The notes below the pieces were generated by a model that was not told the origin of the DNA, searched no databases, and worked only from the letters and a program-made list of their open reading frames with translations. Position numbers and translations under genes: made by a program. A stretch of 64,000 nt of DNA from a virus. Below are positions 61,592 through 64,000 of the stretch, in pieces. Every line of letters starts with the position of its first letter. Positions within the stretch are counted from its first letter, which is position 1. The stretch spans positions 1 to 64,000 of IMG/VR virus record IMGVR_UViG_3300023202_000142. One strand, given 5' to 3'.

Positions 61592-61595
61592 TAGC

Positions 61596-61668
61596 GTCGC
61601 CGTCATCTAGTGGCCCAGGATGCCGGGTTTTCAGTCCGGTCACGGGGGTTCGAGTCCCCCCGGCGATA
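61596..61668 (+). tRNA. tRNA-Glu(TTC)
   Basis: CCGGG-TTTTCAG-TCCGG. Confidence 0.88.
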
Positions 61669-61672
61669 CTGT

Positions 61673-61746
61673 AGGGAGCGCGCGCTGGGTACGCGGTCTG
61701 GCCTCCAAAGCCGGACGACAGCTCGGATCGTCACCGAGGCTCTCTG
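61673..61746 (+). tRNA. tRNA-Trp(CCA), non-canonical T-loop
   Basis: CTGGC-CTCCAAA-GCCGG; T-loop ATCGTCA; acceptor AGGGAGC/GCTCTCT. Confidence 0.65.
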
Positions 61747-61749
61747 TGT

Positions 61750-61843
61750 GCAGGCGTGGCCCGCCAGAGCTGGAGAGCTGGGCCGGGCTGTAAACCCGGT
61801 GCACCCAAATAAGACTGAGTGGGTTCGACTCCCACCTCCCCTA
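61750..61843 (+). pseudogene. tRNA-Tyr(GTA)-like with broken acceptor stem
   Basis: CCGGG-CTGTAAA-CCCGG and GTGGG-TTCGACT-CCCAC intact; 5' end does not pair with CTCCCCT. Confidence 0.55.
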
Positions 61844-61853
61844 TGGAGAATGC

Positions 61854-62069
61854 ATGACACGCAACGATGACATCACCCCCTACGCGCGGCGCATCAGGCG
61901 TATGCTGCATGAGCGCATGAACCCCGAAGCGGTCGAGGTCGAGGTCGAGATCATGCGACGTCTTCGTGAGACCTCCGAGCGCAGTGTCTACCACCGCGCC
62001 ATGCTCACGCCCCTACCTGTTGAGTCTGGAGGTGCCGCGTTTCTGCGGCGCGACAAACCCGAGGAGTGA
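61854..62069 (+). CDS. small hypothetical protein inside the tRNA array
   Basis: GGAGA SD; fills the gap between tRNA-Tyr-like and tRNA-Lys. Confidence 0.5.
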   Translation: MTRNDDITPYARRIRRMLHERMNPEAVEVEVEIMRRLRETSERSVYHRAMLTPLPVESGGAAFLRRDKPEE

Positions 62070-62074
62070 GGTTC

Positions 62075-62148
62075 GGGCCGGTAGCTCAGTTTGGCAGAGC
62101 GGCGGATTCTTAATCCGCAGGTCGAGGGTTCGATCCCCTCCCGGCTCA
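62075..62148 (+). tRNA. tRNA-Lys(CTT)
   Basis: GCGGA-TTCTTAA-TCCGC. Confidence 0.92.
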
Positions 62149-62152
62149 CTTC

Positions 62153-62228
62153 GCGCCCGTAGCTCAACTAGGTTCAGAGCATTCGACTTTTAATCGAAGG
62201 GTTCTCGGTTCGATTCCGAGCGGGCGTG
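62153..62228 (+). tRNA. tRNA-Lys(TTT)
   Basis: TTCGA-CTTTTAA-TCGAA. Confidence 0.92.
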
Positions 62229-62244
62229 CTGTACGATCCCTTCC

Positions 62245-62565
62245 ATGTTTCGACTGTTATTCAGGGCCCTCAAGGGCATCGGTGAGATCATCCACCGTGC
62301 ACCTGGCTGGAAGTGTTCAGATTGCGGAAAGGCCATGGCGCCCGGCCATCGGTGCATCAACGTTCACGTTCTTCCGGCGAAGCCACAATCGCGTCGCTAC
62401 CCGGTGGCTAAAACACCATTCAGGATGGTGTTCCATCCTACAGGGGCGGTCCGGCGAACCGTGTTTATCGGGACGACTCTTTCGGCAGAGCGTTCAGGGG
62501 GAGCCAAGGGGTGTCGACCCACTGAGCCCGATCGCCTGGGCGGCCAGCTCCTCAAGACGCTGTAG
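62245..62565 (+). CDS. hypothetical protein (CxxC), possibly leaderless
   Basis: TACGAT-7 nt-ATG. Confidence 0.45.
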   Translation: MFRLLFRALKGIGEIIHRAPGWKCSDCGKAMAPGHRCINVHVLPAKPQSRRYPVAKTPFRMVFHPTGAVRRTVFIGTTLSAERSGGAKGCRPTEPDRLGGQLLKTL

Positions 62566-62662
62566 CGTTGCTTCGGGTCTGAGGTCAGACTATTCTCGGT
62601 CCGAGGAAGGATTCAAGGCCACAAGATGAGCGGTGGTCGTCGATCAGCCGCGGGAGCCTAGC

Positions 62663-62944
62663 ATGGATGTTCAGGACCACATCGACCATTTCTTTGGAGA
62701 AGCTCGTACACGCGGGCGCGCAAGCGTGGGGGATGCCAGAGGACAGGCATCCGAGGTGACTCGAAGGATCGGGGAAGCATTCCTTGAAGCCACCACCCTG
62801 AAGGGCGACTTCGACGCCATGGACGAGATCCCTACATCAGCCCGGAAGATATACGACCGGACCCTGAAGGTCATGGATCTGCTCGGAAAGGCCAAGAAGG
62901 AAGCCTATCAGACCGAAATGGAGCTTCGGAGGGGCAAGTTTTGA
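62663..62944 (+). CDS. hypothetical protein with CTS-like leader
   Basis: MDVQDHIDHFFGEAR; GGGAG SD. Confidence 0.65.
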   Translation: MDVQDHIDHFFGEARTRGRASVGDARGQASEVTRRIGEAFLEATTLKGDFDAMDEIPTSARKIYDRTLKVMDLLGKAKKEAYQTEMELRRGKF

Positions 62945-63186
62945 GCATCCAAGACCACATCAACGCATTCATCGGGGAATCGCCTCAACGCCCTCTCAGT
63001 GAAGCTGAGAGCGAATCTGCGATTCGCGCGCTGATCAATGACAAACTGAAACGAGCTGAGATGCTTCGAGGGATTGCCTCCGGCGACACCTTCGACGACA
63101 CCACTCGCGAGAAGCTGATGAAGTTCATCGACTCGGAGCACAAGGCCCACAAGCAGCTCCAGAAGCTTCTGGGCGGCGAATACTAG
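62941..63186 (+). CDS. hypothetical protein with CTS-like leader
   Basis: TTG start, MSIQDHINAFIGES. Confidence 0.6.
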   Translation: MSIQDHINAFIGESPQRPLSEAESESAIRALINDKLKRAEMLRGIASGDTFDDTTREKLMKFIDSEHKAHKQLQKLLGGEY

Positions 63187-63629
63187 TACGCTGCAGCCTT
63201 CTGTTCGAGCTGCTCGAAGATCTTCTGCTGGACCTCGGCCGACTCGCTGCTCTTCTTTTTCTTCGGCTCAGCCTTCGCTAGTGGCCGATCTGGCTCACCC
63301 TCACTCTCTGCCCCTCCTCCGGTCTCTTCGAGATCCACGGCAATCGCCGGGACAGACTCCCCCATTCCGAGCATCGATGCATGAATTGCAACGGTGACTC
63401 GCAACTCCCGGTTCTCATCTTCAAGGTCTTCGACATCCGTCTTGAGTCCGTTGATCTCCCCCAGCAACGACTCAACAATCAGCTTGTCGGACGCCATCGT
63501 GACCTCTTGAGCCTTCTCCTGGTCTCCCCTGGTGTCGAAGTACTGCACTGTTGCCGTAATGGCCGTTGCCACCGCGAGGATGACCGCAGCCCACGAAGGT
63601 GCATCTCGTTTCGCCTTCTCTTTGTCCAT
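63183..63629 (-). CDS. membrane-anchored coiled-coil protein
   Basis: N-terminal TM (WAAVILAVATAITATV) + heptad coil. Confidence 0.55.
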   Translation of the reverse strand: MDKEKAKRDAPSWAAVILAVATAITATVQYFDTRGDQEKAQEVTMASDKLIVESLLGEINGLKTDVEDLEDENRELRVTVAIHASMLGMGESVPAIAVDLEETGGGAESEGEPDRPLAKAEPKKKKSSESAEVQQKIFEQLEQKAAAY

Positions 63630-63703
63630 GATCCGTCCGTTGTTTCAGTCCCGGGTACACAGTATCTTCGGTGAAGTCTGGCTGACACGAAACTGGAGAA
63701 GCA

Positions 63704-64000
63704 ATGGCGAACCTGACCACAACCCTGATGGAGAACTTCCTCACGGAACGTGCTGACGAACCCAGTTGGATCGATGCGCTGTGGGATTTCGAGCGAAAGC
63801 TCGCCGAATACCTCCGCGGCTCGACAGACAGCAAGTACGCCAAGAAGATGAGGCGCAAGCCCAAGATCGGGCGCGCCGGAAGAGGAAAGGGTGCTTCCCT
63901 GGAGTACACTTTCGACGATGGCAAGATCACGTTCACGGCCAGTGTCGTTTCGGACAAGGACAAGATCCGCCTGGCATACTCGGGCAACCATCCCGGCCTG
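63704..64000 (+). CDS. hypothetical protein with CTS-like leader (partial, runs off window end)
   Basis: GGAG SD; MANLTTTLMENFLTER... Confidence 0.6.
   Translation, partial: MANLTTTLMENFLTERADEPSWIDALWDFERKLAEYLRGSTDSKYAKKMRRKPKIGRAGRGKGASLEYTFDDGKITFTASVVSDKDKIRLAYSGNHPGL

Noticed and set aside
1-64000. Stop-codon recoding (as in some large phages)
   Set aside because: ThyX, Gmk, MTase and Cas12 are full length in code 11; TAG, TGA and TAA all end genes at junctions or before regulatory cassettes; no suppressor (CTA/TCA) anticodon among the tRNAs.

Overview
The window is a segment of a large, GC-rich (roughly 60-65% by eye) phage genome. About 140 short, tightly packed ORFs run leftward from ~31 kb and rightward from ~31.9 kb, around a non-coding switch region that holds a dyad-symmetric element. 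Recognisable cargo: a compact type V CRISPR-Cas locus (571-aa Cas12m-like effector with an intact RuvC D/E/D triad, a 14-repeat array directly downstream, no cas1/cas2), thyX, guanylate kinase, an NPPF DNA methyltransferase, a TGT/DpdA-like protein, an orphan HicA, GNAT, ParB-like, SprT-like, ATP-grasp (R2K), DUF4942, DUF5710 and DUF3310 proteins, and two tRNA arrays (16 tRNAs plus one broken tRNA-Tyr). Beyond the gene list, three recurrent signals stand out. (i) About 14 unrelated proteins share a ~12-aa leader ending in L/I/F-x-E, resembling the T4 capsid-targeting/prohead-protease signal. (ii) A reusable expression cassette recurs: TTGAC, tandem GTGCAC, a hairpin with a CACCCCG-type loop, then GGAGGTAGC. 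(iii) Both tRNA arrays are preceded by hairpin + rrn boxA-like leaders. All family calls are from motif recognition by eye; no searches were run.
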